A stretch of DNA of 64,000 nt from a virus (Duplodnaviria > Caudoviricetes): positions 7,301-71,300 of the IMG/VR virus record IMGVR_UViG_2660237942_000001. The stretch is one strand, 5' to 3'. Both the position numbers and the translations under genes were made by a program. Shown here piece by piece: positions 27,094-37,920 of this stretch. Within the stretch, counting starts at the first letter, position 1; each line of letters opens with the position of its first letter. Under the pieces are notes generated by a model, which saw only the letters and a list, made by a program, of their open reading frames with translations, did no database searches and had not been told where the DNA came from.

Positions 27094-28284
27094 ATGGCAA
27101 ATGCATTATTCAGTACCGTAAATCGAATTTCACCGGTTCATATTTCAAACCAATATGTTACCGAAACAATTGCTCCATTTATGGGAATGTTAGTTAAGGG
27201 AACTACCCAAGGTATCAAGGTATACAGCGATTTAGATGCTGTTGCTGAAGATTTTGAACTCTACTCGCCATTTTGGAAAAAGGCACGGGCATATTTTGCT
27301 GCCAATGGTGATGCTTCCAATCTTTTAGCTTTGACTTTTGCTCCAGGCACTTTAGAAGCAGCGCCTACCCCAAGCAATGTTACTGCAACTCCAACCAAGG
27401 ACGGCGCACTTATTAAAGCAGCTGAGGCTACTAGCGATGGTTCAGAATTATCAGCTGATGCGATTGGTGCAGTGACAGCACTTAAGAAATATTATTTCGC
27501 AGGTCCTCAATTTTGGATTTTGGCAGAATTTGATGATGAAGTCTCTCATGCTATTTCTAATTTTGTTGAACTACAAAATACTGGCGTTTATGTTGCCTAT
27601 TCTACTGACGCAACTAAGTTACAAACTTATGCTGACAACAAAAAGACTCAGCTCTTAACCTTGCCAGAAGTAGATGATTCAACAGTTGAAATGCAAGATC
27701 AATACAATAATGTGTTTGATGCTGCTTATGTAGGTGCTATGTATGGTCGTAAGCCTCATTCAGCTACTAAGTATGCTTTAGGCGACTTGCCATACACACA
27801 ACCGCAAGATCGATATGAATTTACTCCAGACGATCAGGCTGAACTGGATAAGTATAATATCGTCACCTATGCATATGTACTTGATTTGCCACTACTAACG
27901 AGTTCAAGAACAGCTGCTGAAAACATGCATATTGACATCATTTTAGGATGGGATTGGATCCAAAACTCAATTAATGCACGCGTTGCAAATTTATTTGTTC
28001 AGAATGCAAAGCAGGGAATTCCTTACTCAGAAGTGGGATTTAACTCAATCGCCAACGCTATTAAAGGCGTATTTATTGATGCTGCTGACTTGGATATTAT
28101 CGCACCAGCAGTAGATGCCAATGGCTTAGAAACTGGGAAACCAGACTATCAAGTAGATTTTGTTCAGCCTGGTCAATTACCTAAGTCATATGAGACTAAG
28201 CGTGAAATGCGCGGAGTAAATACTAAGTACCACCCAATGGGCATGGTAGAAGACGTTTATATCGAAAATACGATTGTGATGTAA
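27094..28284 (+). CDS. Tail sheath protein (DUF3383-like)
   Basis: HIDIILGWDWIQ...GIPYSEVG...MRGVNTKY. Confidence 0.8.
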   Translation: MANALFSTVNRISPVHISNQYVTETIAPFMGMLVKGTTQGIKVYSDLDAVAEDFELYSPFWKKARAYFAANGDASNLLALTFAPGTLEAAPTPSNVTATPTKDGALIKAAEATSDGSELSADAIGAVTALKKYYFAGPQFWILAEFDDEVSHAISNFVELQNTGVYVAYSTDATKLQTYADNKKTQLLTLPEVDDSTVEMQDQYNNVFDAAYVGAMYGRKPHSATKYALGDLPYTQPQDRYEFTPDDQAELDKYNIVTYAYVLDLPLLTSSRTAAENMHIDIILGWDWIQNSINARVANLFVQNAKQGIPYSEVGFNSIANAIKGVFIDAADLDIIAPAVDANGLETGKPDYQVDFVQPGQLPKSYETKREMRGVNTKYHPMGMVEDVYIENTIVM

Positions 28285-28297
28285 GGAGGATAACTTA

Positions 28298-28735
28298 ATG
28301 GCTGAAAATTTAGCAAACCAAGCACTTGAAGATGATGAACCATTATTTGACGCCGCTGATGTAGCGGTGTTTTTAGATGGAAAACTAGTTAAGTATTTTA
28401 ACGGCAATGATATGGTTTCTGTTTCTTGGACTACTGATAACGTTACTTTGGATATTGATGCTCAAGGTGCTGGTACTGCGGTACGAAACCACGATGGCCG
28501 AGGAACTATTACGATGCATTTAAACCGAGCATCAGATACTTGGCAAGACATTATGGGGTATGGCGTATCCACTGGTTACCACAAGATTGATATTTCAACC
28601 CCATATGAACATGTTTACGCTGGTAAGGCTTTGCTTACTAAGAATCCTGATATCAACGTTGGTGGTACTGCTCAAACCGTTGATTGTGCATTCTCATGTG
28701 TAAATATCGCTCTTGAAGGTAACAAAAACAAATAA
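28298..28735 (+). CDS. Tail tube protein (DUF3277-like)
   Basis: Follows the sheath; DAQGAG...DGRGTITMHL. Confidence 0.8.
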   Translation: MAENLANQALEDDEPLFDAADVAVFLDGKLVKYFNGNDMVSVSWTTDNVTLDIDAQGAGTAVRNHDGRGTITMHLNRASDTWQDIMGYGVSTGYHKIDISTPYEHVYAGKALLTKNPDINVGGTAQTVDCAFSCVNIALEGNKNK

Positions 28736-28754
28736 AAAGTGAGGTAACCGTACT

Positions 28755-29276
28755 ATGGAAAATGAAAATTTAGATGATGTATTAGTTCAAGAACAATCAG
28801 CAAACGAAGGAGTTCCTACAGGATCAGTAGATAACCAAGCAACTCCACTAGAAGATTATTCAGGCCAAAAACAAGAAGTGACCAAGGCTGAAGAAACTCA
28901 TCCAGAAGTGTTGGACTATATGCCATCGATCAAACGGCAAGAAGTTTTAGCCGTTGATGATAATTTTAACTTTGTTTACGTTTTGAAAAACGGTAAGAAA
29001 CTTAAAACGTCAGTTGCTAAGCCTGATTTGGCGATCAGTACCGAACTATCTGACACTACAATTCGCTTTAATCAAACCAATGATGGTAATCAAGAAATGA
29101 TGGTTAATAACTTTGGTGTTTATAAATTAATTATGGAAAAACTCATTCGAGTAATTCTTGTTAATGAAGCACCACTTCACACCGTAACTTTTAAGAGTTT
29201 GTCAGAAATTGGGATGACCAAAGGCGAACTAGATGATTATATGGGCATCATCGCCACGTTTTACCTCGAGGAGTAA
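28755..29276 (+). CDS. Tail assembly chaperone (G-like)
   Basis: Lies between tube and tape measure genes. Confidence 0.65.
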   Translation: MENENLDDVLVQEQSANEGVPTGSVDNQATPLEDYSGQKQEVTKAEETHPEVLDYMPSIKRQEVLAVDDNFNFVYVLKNGKKLKTSVAKPDLAISTELSDTTIRFNQTNDGNQEMMVNNFGVYKLIMEKLIRVILVNEAPLHTVTFKSLSEIGMTKGELDDYMGIIATFYLEE

Positions 29277-29511
29277 TATTTTTTTCAATAAACGTCAAAT
29301 TGAAAAACTATTCGATAAGAATCCCGGTCTAGCGATGGAATGGTCCGCTTATATTAACGGATCTGTAAACGTTACTCGTGAAGAGATCCGTAATATGAAC
29401 GGCAACGAACTAAGCATCTTACAGTATGCAACCCAAGAGAGGTTGAAAACTAGTCGCTATAACCAAGCAATGGCAATCGCACTCGCATTTGGCGGTAAGG
29501 AGGGATCCTAA
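29233..29511 (+). CDS. Second chaperone ORF (T-like), +1 frame overlap
   Basis: Overlaps the preceding ORF by 44 nt; no SD at the track's ATG. Confidence 0.55.
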   Translation: MIIWASSPRFTSRSNIFFNKRQIEKLFDKNPGLAMEWSAYINGSVNVTREEIRNMNGNELSILQYATQERLKTSRYNQAMAIALAFGGKEGS

Positions 29512-32500
29512 TGGCTGAAATCGCTGGAGATCGTATCAGTTACAAAATTGATATTGATGGTCTTTCCAAACTAGATGGCATGCAAAGAGTTATCAAGCAA
29601 ATTGATAAGCTTATGCCTAAACTAGATAAATCTGTTAAAGGCGCTAACGATAGTTTAAAGAAACTAAACACTAACATGAGTCATGGACAGACTAGTGGTT
29701 TAGAAAAAGATAAACGAAAAGTTGATGCGATTGGCGATAGTTTAAAAAAGACTGGAAAAGAAGCTGACACAACTAAATCTAAAGCAACGCGACTGGGCAA
29801 CTCAATGGATAAATCCTTTGGGAAGTCCTTTTTTAATAGGCATACTCGTGATTTGGGCAAGTTGGGCAGTCAGATGCAAAGTTTTGGGACTAAAGCTACG
29901 GCAGTTACAGCGGGAATTACAGCAGGCGCTGCTATAGCATTAAAGACTGCTACAGAGTTACAAAATCGCTACAAAGTTATCACCAACTTGGCGGTAACCG
30001 GCGGTGAAAAACAGACTGAAGCTCAGCGTAATGTTAGCCAAATGCAAAAAGATGGGACAAAGTACTCTAACGAGTATGGTGTTTCAACTAAAAAGATTGG
30101 TGAAGGTTACGAAACCTTGGTTCGCCGTGGTTATACAACTAACCAGGCATTGGGATCTCAAAAATCTTACTTACAAGGTGCGATTGCGTCTGGTGATAGT
30201 TATACTGACGTGGTCAATAATGCTGCTTCTGCCATCGAACAATTTGGTATGAAAGTTAATTCCGTTAAAGGGATGGCTAACGCTAGTAAAACTGCTATTA
30301 ACCAAATGGCTTACTCGGCTGATTTAACCGCTACTTCATTCGGTGACTTGGGGGAAGCTCTTAAGTATGCTGGGCCTGACGCCCATGCGGCTAACCAAAC
30401 GTTGCATGAAACAGTATCAGCGATTGGCGGCTTGTCGAACTTTGGGATTTGGAAACTGTCCTCGCAACCAGAAATGGCTGCGTAATAAATTCCGTTAATT
30501 CGGGGAAGACTAAATGATAAAATAGAGTTATGAAAAAATTAACTCAAAAAGAAGTTCAAAAAAGAATAGATATTAAGCAAGAAGGACAATACGAATTACT
30601 TGGTAAGTACAAAAATAAAGACTCAAAAGTATTAATTAGATGTAGAATTTGCGGAATTGAATGGGAATGCATACCCAATACTCTATTCAGAAATAGAATT
30701 GGAAAAGAATGTAAACACCACATAAATATGACTTATGAAATGGTATCGGATCGTATTTTTAAATCTACCAATAATACAATTAAATTTATTGGTACGTATA
30801 AAGGTGCTAGAACACCATCTTTGATGCATTGCAATAAATGTGGTTATGAATGGGAAACTGAACCGTATGTAATTTATGCTATGGGATTTGGATGTCCTAG
30901 TTGTTCTGGTATGAGAAAAAAAGATACGCAGTTGTTTCGCAAGCAAATTAAAAAATTAGTTGGGCTTGAATATTCCGTACTGGGAGAATACGTCAATTCG
31001 ACTACATTGATTAAATTTCGTCATAATAAATGTGGATATGAATTTAACATGACTCCGCATGCATTCTTGGCTGGTCAAAGATGTACGCGTCCTGAAGAAG
31101 TGAATATTAGAAGAACCGCTCCGCAAATCATGACATTAACCCAAGCGAATGATCTTTTGAAGTCTAACAGAAATGGTGAATATGTAATTATTGCAAATTA
31201 TAGTAAAGCGACCTCAAAAGCTACTATAATGCATACAAAATGCGGAAAAACATTCAGTGCGAAACCGAGTCCAATAATTCATAATGTTTCTGGTTGCCCT
31301 TATTGCTACGCTTCACATGGAGAAGATGCAGTTCGCCAATATTTGTTAGACAATGATTTTTCTTTCGAAGAACAATATACATTCGATGATTGTGTTTATA
31401 AGAGACGATTACCATTTGATTTTGCAGTATTTAAAGATAATCATTTAATGTTTTTGATTGAATATCAGGGGGTTCAGCATTATAAACCAAAATTTGGATC
31501 AGAAGTATTTAAATTAACAAAAATTAGAGACCAAATTAAGAAAGATTATTGCGAATCTCATGGCATTACATTGGCTGCCATTCCATACAAAAGGTGGTAT
31601 TCTTTTGATTCATTGAAATCTCAAATCTATTCATATTTGAATAATTTTTTATCACATGTTGATCCCGAACCAAGCCCAGAAGGAAACTCTGGGAAGGCGT
31701 AACGACTAGATAAAATAACCTAAGCAAAGACACTCTAATGAGTGCCTTTTTTGTATGGTGAAATATCCACGAAGGCGGAACACCTAAACAGTTTTGCTGT
31801 AGGTGAAAAGATAGTCTGAACTGTATGGAAACATATAGAAGTAAGGGATAAATAGCCCTTACGATAACAATTTGAGATGGTTCACAAGCCGGTACCTCAA
31901 TGCGTCAAATTTACCAGCGCTTAACTAGCCCGCCAACTAAAGGTAAAGCACCAAGTGCCATGAAAGAGTTGGGAATGGATTATGATGATTTCCGCGACGC
32001 AAATCATAACTTACTACCCATTCAACAGGTATTTGAGAAATTAGCAACTCGAATGGACAAAATGAAGATGAGTCGGACCGACAAAGGTGCTATTTACGCA
32101 GCTTTATTTGGTGTTAATGCATCTAGTGCGGCTCAGGCTTTAGGTGAAAGCTACAAAGATGTTGCAAAACTGGACAAGAAAGTTCAGCAATCCCAAAACA
32201 TGAATAAGGGTCAAGGATACGTGGCCCAACTTTCACAAAAGAATATGGACACTTTATCTAAGCAGTGGGATCGTATCAAACAAGGGTTATTAAACTCCGG
32301 TGTTGAAATCGCAAATGCATGGATGCCAACGCTAACAAAGTTAGCTAAAGGCGTTGCTGATGTTTTGGAAAAATTTCAAAGATTACCAGAACCGGCTAAG
32401 AAGTTTGTAGGATTAGCTGCTGTTGTAACGGCTGCCATAGGACCATTAGCAATACTTGCCGGAACTTTATTAAAGGTAAGCAAAAGTATTAAGGCAGTTT

Positions 32501-35500
32501 CTAAATTTATTGGCGGTAGTAAATTGGTTCCTAAAGCCGGCAGAAGTGTAAGCAAATTATTTGGAGCAAAAGCTACTGGCAAAGCACTTGGTGAAACTGC
32601 AGAAAAGACATTGCCTGAAGTTGGATCTAGAGTTGCTAAATTTGCTGGTAAAGGCAAATTTTTGAGTGGTATTAAGTCTGTTGCTGGTAAAATACCATTT
32701 TTAGATATGGCGGTAGCAGGTTCAAATTTAATTGGTATTAACAAGAAAAATGCCGGAAGCAAAGTTGGTAGAGCTGGTGGTATGCTCGCGGGAATGGAAG
32801 GCGGTGCTGCTGCAGGCGCCGCTATTGGTTCTATTATTCCTGGTGCAGGTACTGCAGTCGGAGGATTATTAGGTCTTGCTGGTGGCGCATTAGGCGGTAT
32901 GTTTGGCGGCGATTTAGGAAGCAAGATCGGTAAAAAAATCCAAAAAGCTTTACCTAAGGTTAAAAAGTCTATATCGAGTTTATTTACCAACATTGGGAAA
33001 GCTGCTTCTAAAGCGGGAAATAACATTGGTAAATGGTTTGGCGGAATTAGCAAATCAATAAATAAAGCTGTTATCAAGCCGGTAAAAAAAGCTTTTAAGG
33101 GTTTCGCTAAGGTAATTTCATATCCGTTTGTAACAGCTGTAGGTTTAGTACGTATGGCTTGGGATAAGATGAAGAAGCCTATTAACAGTTTTGCTTCTTG
33201 GATTGGTAAAAAACTTAAAGCGATGGGGAAAACTATTAGCAAAGTTTGGAATACCATTACAAAACCCATCGCCAAAGCATGGTCTGCCGTTTGGTCATCG
33301 GTAAAGAAGGCTTGGAATGGATTTAGTTCTTGGATTGGCAAGAAATGGTCATCGTTTGTCGGAATGACTACTAAATTATGGAATGCTATTACCAAACCCA
33401 TCAAAAATGTTTGGCATAGCGTTAGTTCTTACATTAAAGAAACATGGAGTGGCATTTCTTCATGGCTAGGAAAATCCTGGGATTCCATATCAGGCGTAGC
33501 TTCTAAAGCTTTTAACGCAGTAAAAAATGCCATAGTAAAACCAATTAAGGACGCTTGGGATTCTGTTAAGGGAATCTTTGATAAGATTGGTAACGCAGTA
33601 GGAAATATACTTGATGGTGTTAAGGGATTTACAGGAAAAGTAACTAGCAAAGTTGGTAAGTTCTTTGGAAAAGCTCATGAAGCTGGTGAAGAAACACTCA
33701 AAGGACACGCTGATGGTGGCCCAATTAATCGTACGCATGTTGCGATGGTTAATGAAGCTGGAACCGAAATGGCTTACGATCCTCGAAAAGGACGTTTCCG
33801 CTTGCTAGGCAACGGACCCACTTTAGCTAAGGTTCACGCTGGAGAACATATCTTAAATGCCAAGGATACTGCTAAAGTGCTGTCTGGCGGTCTTGGTAAG
33901 GGTAGGACTTTACCCGGATATGCTAAAGGTACTGGTAAGCTAAAAGTAGCTGCTGTACAAAGCTCGGTTAGTTTGAAAGGGTCAGGATTAGATGGCAGTG
34001 CTCGTTCGGCCAAAAAATCTATGCGTTTAATTACTAGTACCATTACTAATGGATATAAAAAATCTAACAAGAATGGATCGAAAGAACTTAATCAGTTGAA
34101 TTCTAAGTCCACCAAGATTTTCGGATCCTTAAAAGTTGGTACCAAGAAGCAAACACAACAGATTCAACGGAATACTATTCGTGATTTTAACGATATGCAA
34201 AAAGGATCAGTGACTCAAGTTAAGCAACTTAATAAGGGCATGAATTCTGTTACATCAGATATTGTTAAGGATAGCGACCGTAACGTCGGAAAACTTCACA
34301 AAAATACTGTTAAAGATTTTGACCAAATGCAGAAAAGTTCAATCGTTCAGATGAATCAAATGCACAAAGGAATGAACGCCGTTGCTAATGCAATGGTAAA
34401 TGATTTCTATAAAATCTTTGGACGTTTAGACAATTACGCTCATAAAGCTATGGCAGCTGCTATTAAGCAACTTAATGGCGGTATTAGTGGAATTAACACT
34501 GTTCTTAATAAGTTCGGTGGTGGTGGAAGCGTTCTGCCATTGATCCATTATGCTCAAGGTTCTAAAGGACCCATAAGCAAACACACCATGGCCGTAGTTA
34601 ATGATGCTAAAGTTGGCCCTCGTCAGGAAGCGATTGTTAAGCCTAACGGACGTGTCTTTATGCCACAAGGTAATGATGTAGTTTTACCATTAGGACCCGG
34701 AGACGAAGTCTTAAATGGTTCTGAAACTGCTAAATTACAAGATGTCGGGGCTTTGCCACACTTTGCTAAAGGTACTGGCGGACTGAAACGATTGATCCAA
34801 AAGAACAATAAAGACCCTAAAACTGCATGGAAAAACGACTTCACTAGTAAGGCTCAAGGCAAGGTCAGCACCTTTTTAGCTGGTGCTTTATCTAAGACGT
34901 CTAAAGGTGCTTCTAATAAAGTAGGATTACCTTGGAATACTGAAGTTTGGTCACAATTAAATGATGCATTATCTGGTGGAGGAGCAGGAGGAAATTGGTT
35001 AAACAGTCCCGGATCTGGTTGGAGTACTGGTAGTGCAGGACAAACTTTTGGGTCTAATGGTGGTCGGGGATTTGCCCATGACGGGGTCGATTTTGGTGCT
35101 GCTTTAGGCACTCCATTTAGAGCAATGCACGGCGGTACAGTTACTAAAACTGGTCACACAGGCTGGGGAGGCGGTGCACTCGGAAATGTTATTACTATCA
35201 AATCTGATGATGGTTGGCAAGAAATCTATCAAGAATTTGGTAGTTCTAAAAATATCAAAGTTAGCGTTGGTGATGTTGTTAAGCCAGGACAAGTTATTGG
35301 TACTTTGGGAGCCCTTCAAGGTGCAGGATCTGGCGCCCATTTGCATGTTGGTGTATCTCATGGTTCTTTATGGGACCATGGTGGAACATCGACTAGAGGT
35401 TGGTACGATATTACTAAAATGCATGGAAAAAGTAGTGGTACTACAAAAGACAACAAGAAAACTAAAAATCCTGCATTAACCAAACTAGTTAAAAAAGAAT

Positions 35501-36372
35501 TGGGTAACCGTATTAAGTGGGTCACTGATAAATTAGGAGATGATGGCGATCTGGGCACTATTGGTGCCGGTCCAGCAAATGCTAAAGACCTTGTTAAATT
35601 AATCAGAAAAGCAGCAGAAGAAATGCATGCCACTATCCCTGGCGGTAATTACATGAAGTATCTTCTTGCGATGATTAAAAACGAGTCTGGTGGTCGTGCT
35701 GGCATCACTGGTATTAACGATGGTGATGGAACTGGCGCAGCTATGGGATTGCTTCAATATAAAAAATCTACGTTTGGTGCATATGCAGTTAAGGGACACC
35801 ATAATATTTTATCTGCATGGGACCAAATGTTAGCGTTCTTTAATAACAGTCACTATAAAACCGATATCGGTATTGGGTATAACGGTAAATGGGGAGAATG
35901 GCGCGGAAATGCGTCAGGACCTTCAGGTCACCGTCGATTTGCTAATGGTGGTTGGGCAGAAAATGGTAAGGTTAATGTCTTTGGTGAAGTTCCTGGTCAA
36001 AATGAGGTTGCTATCAATACTAGCCGTCCTTCAGCGGATAAATTGATCATGGAAGCTATGAGCGATCGTGCTTCTAAACAACCAAATGGTATTTTTGGTC
36101 AGCTTAAAGAATTTGCGAAGATTCAAAATGAATTCAAGAAGATGAAACTATCGCGTGATGATTTCAATGAATCGGTTAAAGCAAATTCTGTTGGTCAAAA
36201 AGCGGTATCGATAAAACCAAATATGAATTACCACCCAGAAATTCATATTGAAGGTGCTAGCGATCCAGAACGGATTGGTGACGTTGTAGCTAAACAACTT
36301 ACGGAAGATCAAAGGAAGTTTGAATCAATGGCTAATAACCTGTTCAGCAAGATCCTTGCTGCGCAAAATTAA
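29511..36372 (+). CDS. Tape measure protein, spliced join(29511..30448,31875..36372), 1811 aa, with M23 peptidase and SLT transglycosylase domains
   Basis: Splicing restores NFGI-DGSQAGTSMRQ; HDGVDFG/HLHVGV and KNESGG/GLLQY motifs. Confidence 0.9.
30449..31874 (+). mobile_element. Group I intron (IA-like) in the tape measure gene
   Basis: P1 GGGAU/GUCCU with U.G splice pair; P3 30490-94/31776-80; P4 30501-06/31663-67; P7 GACTA 31704-08/TAGTC 31812-16; P8, P9 GAAA loop; terminal G 31874. Confidence 0.92.
30530..31702 (+). CDS. Intron-encoded putative homing endonuclease: repeated Zn-ribbon modules plus Vsr/PD-(D/E)xK-like domain
   Basis: CRICG, HCNKCG, HNKCG, HTKCG...GCPYC repeats; RLPFDFAVF...LIEYQGVQHY. 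Confidence 0.8.
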   Translation: MKKLTQKEVQKRIDIKQEGQYELLGKYKNKDSKVLIRCRICGIEWECIPNTLFRNRIGKECKHHINMTYEMVSDRIFKSTNNTIKFIGTYKGARTPSLMHCNKCGYEWETEPYVIYAMGFGCPSCSGMRKKDTQLFRKQIKKLVGLEYSVLGEYVNSTTLIKFRHNKCGYEFNMTPHAFLAGQRCTRPEEVNIRRTAPQIMTLTQANDLLKSNRNGEYVIIANYSKATSKATIMHTKCGKTFSAKPSPIIHNVSGCPYCYASHGEDAVRQYLLDNDFSFEEQYTFDDCVYKRRLPFDFAVFKDNHLMFLIEYQGVQHYKPKFGSEVFKLTKIRDQIKKDYCESHGITLAAIPYKRWYSFDSLKSQIYSYLNNFLSHVDPEPSPEGNSGKA

Positions 36373-36402
36373 AAGAGTTTCCTTAATTGGAAGCTCTTTT
36401 TT
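36372..36402 (+). terminator. Terminator-like hairpin after the tape measure gene
   Basis: AAAGAG TTTCC-TTAATT-GGAAG CTCTTT TTT. Confidence 0.55.
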
Positions 36403-36435
36403 ATACATATAAAAATAATTTTAGGAGGTAAAACC

Positions 36436-37434
36436 ATGGCTAAAAAGAAAACATTAAAAACATACGAGAGTGCATACAATAAAGCCAAATCTAATTACAA
36501 CAAATTCAAAAAAATTTACTTAAAAGATGTTAGCAAAGTTAAAGAATTAGAGGCCAAATATAAGAAAGCAAATAGTAGCCAAAAAGCGAAGCTTAAAGAA
36601 AAGATAGCTAGGGCTAAATCGTCAACCTCACATGCTAAAACTAATGTATCAAAAGCAAAAAGAAAATATTCAACCGCTAAAAAAAGTTTAAGCACATTTA
36701 AAAAGAACTCAGCGGCTAACAAACGCAAAGCGGCTTTAAAAACTAAGAAAAAAGTTATTACCAAAATGAAGAAGGACAAGCCTGGATATTGGAAATCTGG
36801 AAGACCATATTTTATTCCAAAATATCCTGGATCCGAAAATAGTTACGTCTTCGTTGATAATACTTCTGAAAGTGAAACAACGTCTACTGAAATGACTACT
36901 AATACCATTTCACCAGGGCAATATGTTAATCACTACACACAAACCCAACCAATTCAACGCCAAATTGAAGGTAAACTAGGTGGTTCGTCAGTTTCTAAAG
37001 TTTCATATCTAAAAAAACAATTCAACATGCTTAGACGATGGGCTACTAATGGCACGGAGCTGGAATTTCATGGTCAAAAATATAGTTCTAGTACTGTTTT
37101 AACTTCAGTAGCTGCTAATTTTGACCAACCAAGAGATAATGCACTGGCGGTTTCAATATCTGCACAAGATGTTAAGTGGGCTACTAGTACTAATAAGAAA
37201 AAATCAAAAAAGAAAACAAATACCAGCAAAACTAATAATACTGGTACTAAAAGTCCAACTAAAGGAGATAGAAAGAAAACTAAACCTAAAGCAGGTAAAT
37301 ATCTCACAATTAAAAAAGGTGATACCTATTGGGGTTACCACATGAAATTCGGCACTTCAATTGCCAAGCTAAGAAGTTGGAATGGCTACCCGGATAGATA
37401 CCTACCGATTGGTAAAAAAGTCAGAGTTAAGTAG
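36436..37434 (+). CDS. Tail tube initiator-like protein with C-terminal LysM and Lys-rich extensions
   Basis: YLTIKKGDTYWG...LRSWNG...LPIGKKVRVK. Confidence 0.75.
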   Translation: MAKKKTLKTYESAYNKAKSNYNKFKKIYLKDVSKVKELEAKYKKANSSQKAKLKEKIARAKSSTSHAKTNVSKAKRKYSTAKKSLSTFKKNSAANKRKAALKTKKKVITKMKKDKPGYWKSGRPYFIPKYPGSENSYVFVDNTSESETTSTEMTTNTISPGQYVNHYTQTQPIQRQIEGKLGGSSVSKVSYLKKQFNMLRRWATNGTELEFHGQKYSSSTVLTSVAANFDQPRDNALAVSISAQDVKWATSTNKKKSKKKTNTSKTNNTGTKSPTKGDRKKTKPKAGKYLTIKKGDTYWGYHMKFGTSIAKLRSWNGYPDRYLPIGKKVRVK

Positions 37435-37920
37435 GTGGTTAATATGTATAGGGACACGATACAATTTAATAAATTTCAACTACCAGAAAAATTTATAGTA
37501 ACCCTCAGTGGCAATGACTATGAAATCACAGTTAATTATAACGAGGTAAATGACCGACTTTATTTAACTTTGGCTGATGAAAATGGTGAACCATTAGTAA
37601 CTAATGAAAAACTAGTGGCAAGAGAACCATTATTTGCTGACATTAGTGACGCTAATTTGCCAAGTGAAGATCTAGTTATGATTGATGAAACTGGAAAATC
37701 TACCTGTGTTAATTTTTCCAATATTAATGAGGAGATTTTCATTGCTATCGATGATACTTTTACTGGCGAAATGGATCCGGATAACACTAATGATGGTGTT
37801 TACAACCCAGACGGAGATGATACCAGCATGGGGATGGATGACGATGATTCAGACGACTCTATGGATGATGAAGAATTCGATGGCCTAGATGATTTCATTG
37901 AGGATCGAGGTGATGCTTAA
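37435..37920 (+). CDS. Baseplate-associated protein with acidic tail
   Basis: YNEVNDRLYLTL...LVAREPLF; Asp-rich C-terminus. Confidence 0.65.
   Translation: MVNMYRDTIQFNKFQLPEKFIVTLSGNDYEITVNYNEVNDRLYLTLADENGEPLVTNEKLVAREPLFADISDANLPSEDLVMIDETGKSTCVNFSNINEEIFIAIDDTFTGEMDPDNTNDGVYNPDGDDTSMGMDDDDSDDSMDDEEFDGLDDFIEDRGDA

Noticed and set aside
29511-31899. Tape measure gene as a pseudogene disrupted by an IS
   Set aside because: No terminal inverted repeats or target duplication; complete group I core and frame-restoring splice sites are present
32376-35802. Long antisense ORFs opposite the tape measure gene (and similar shadows opposite terL, portal, capsid, primase)
   Set aside because: Codon-bias shadows of well-supported plus-strand genes
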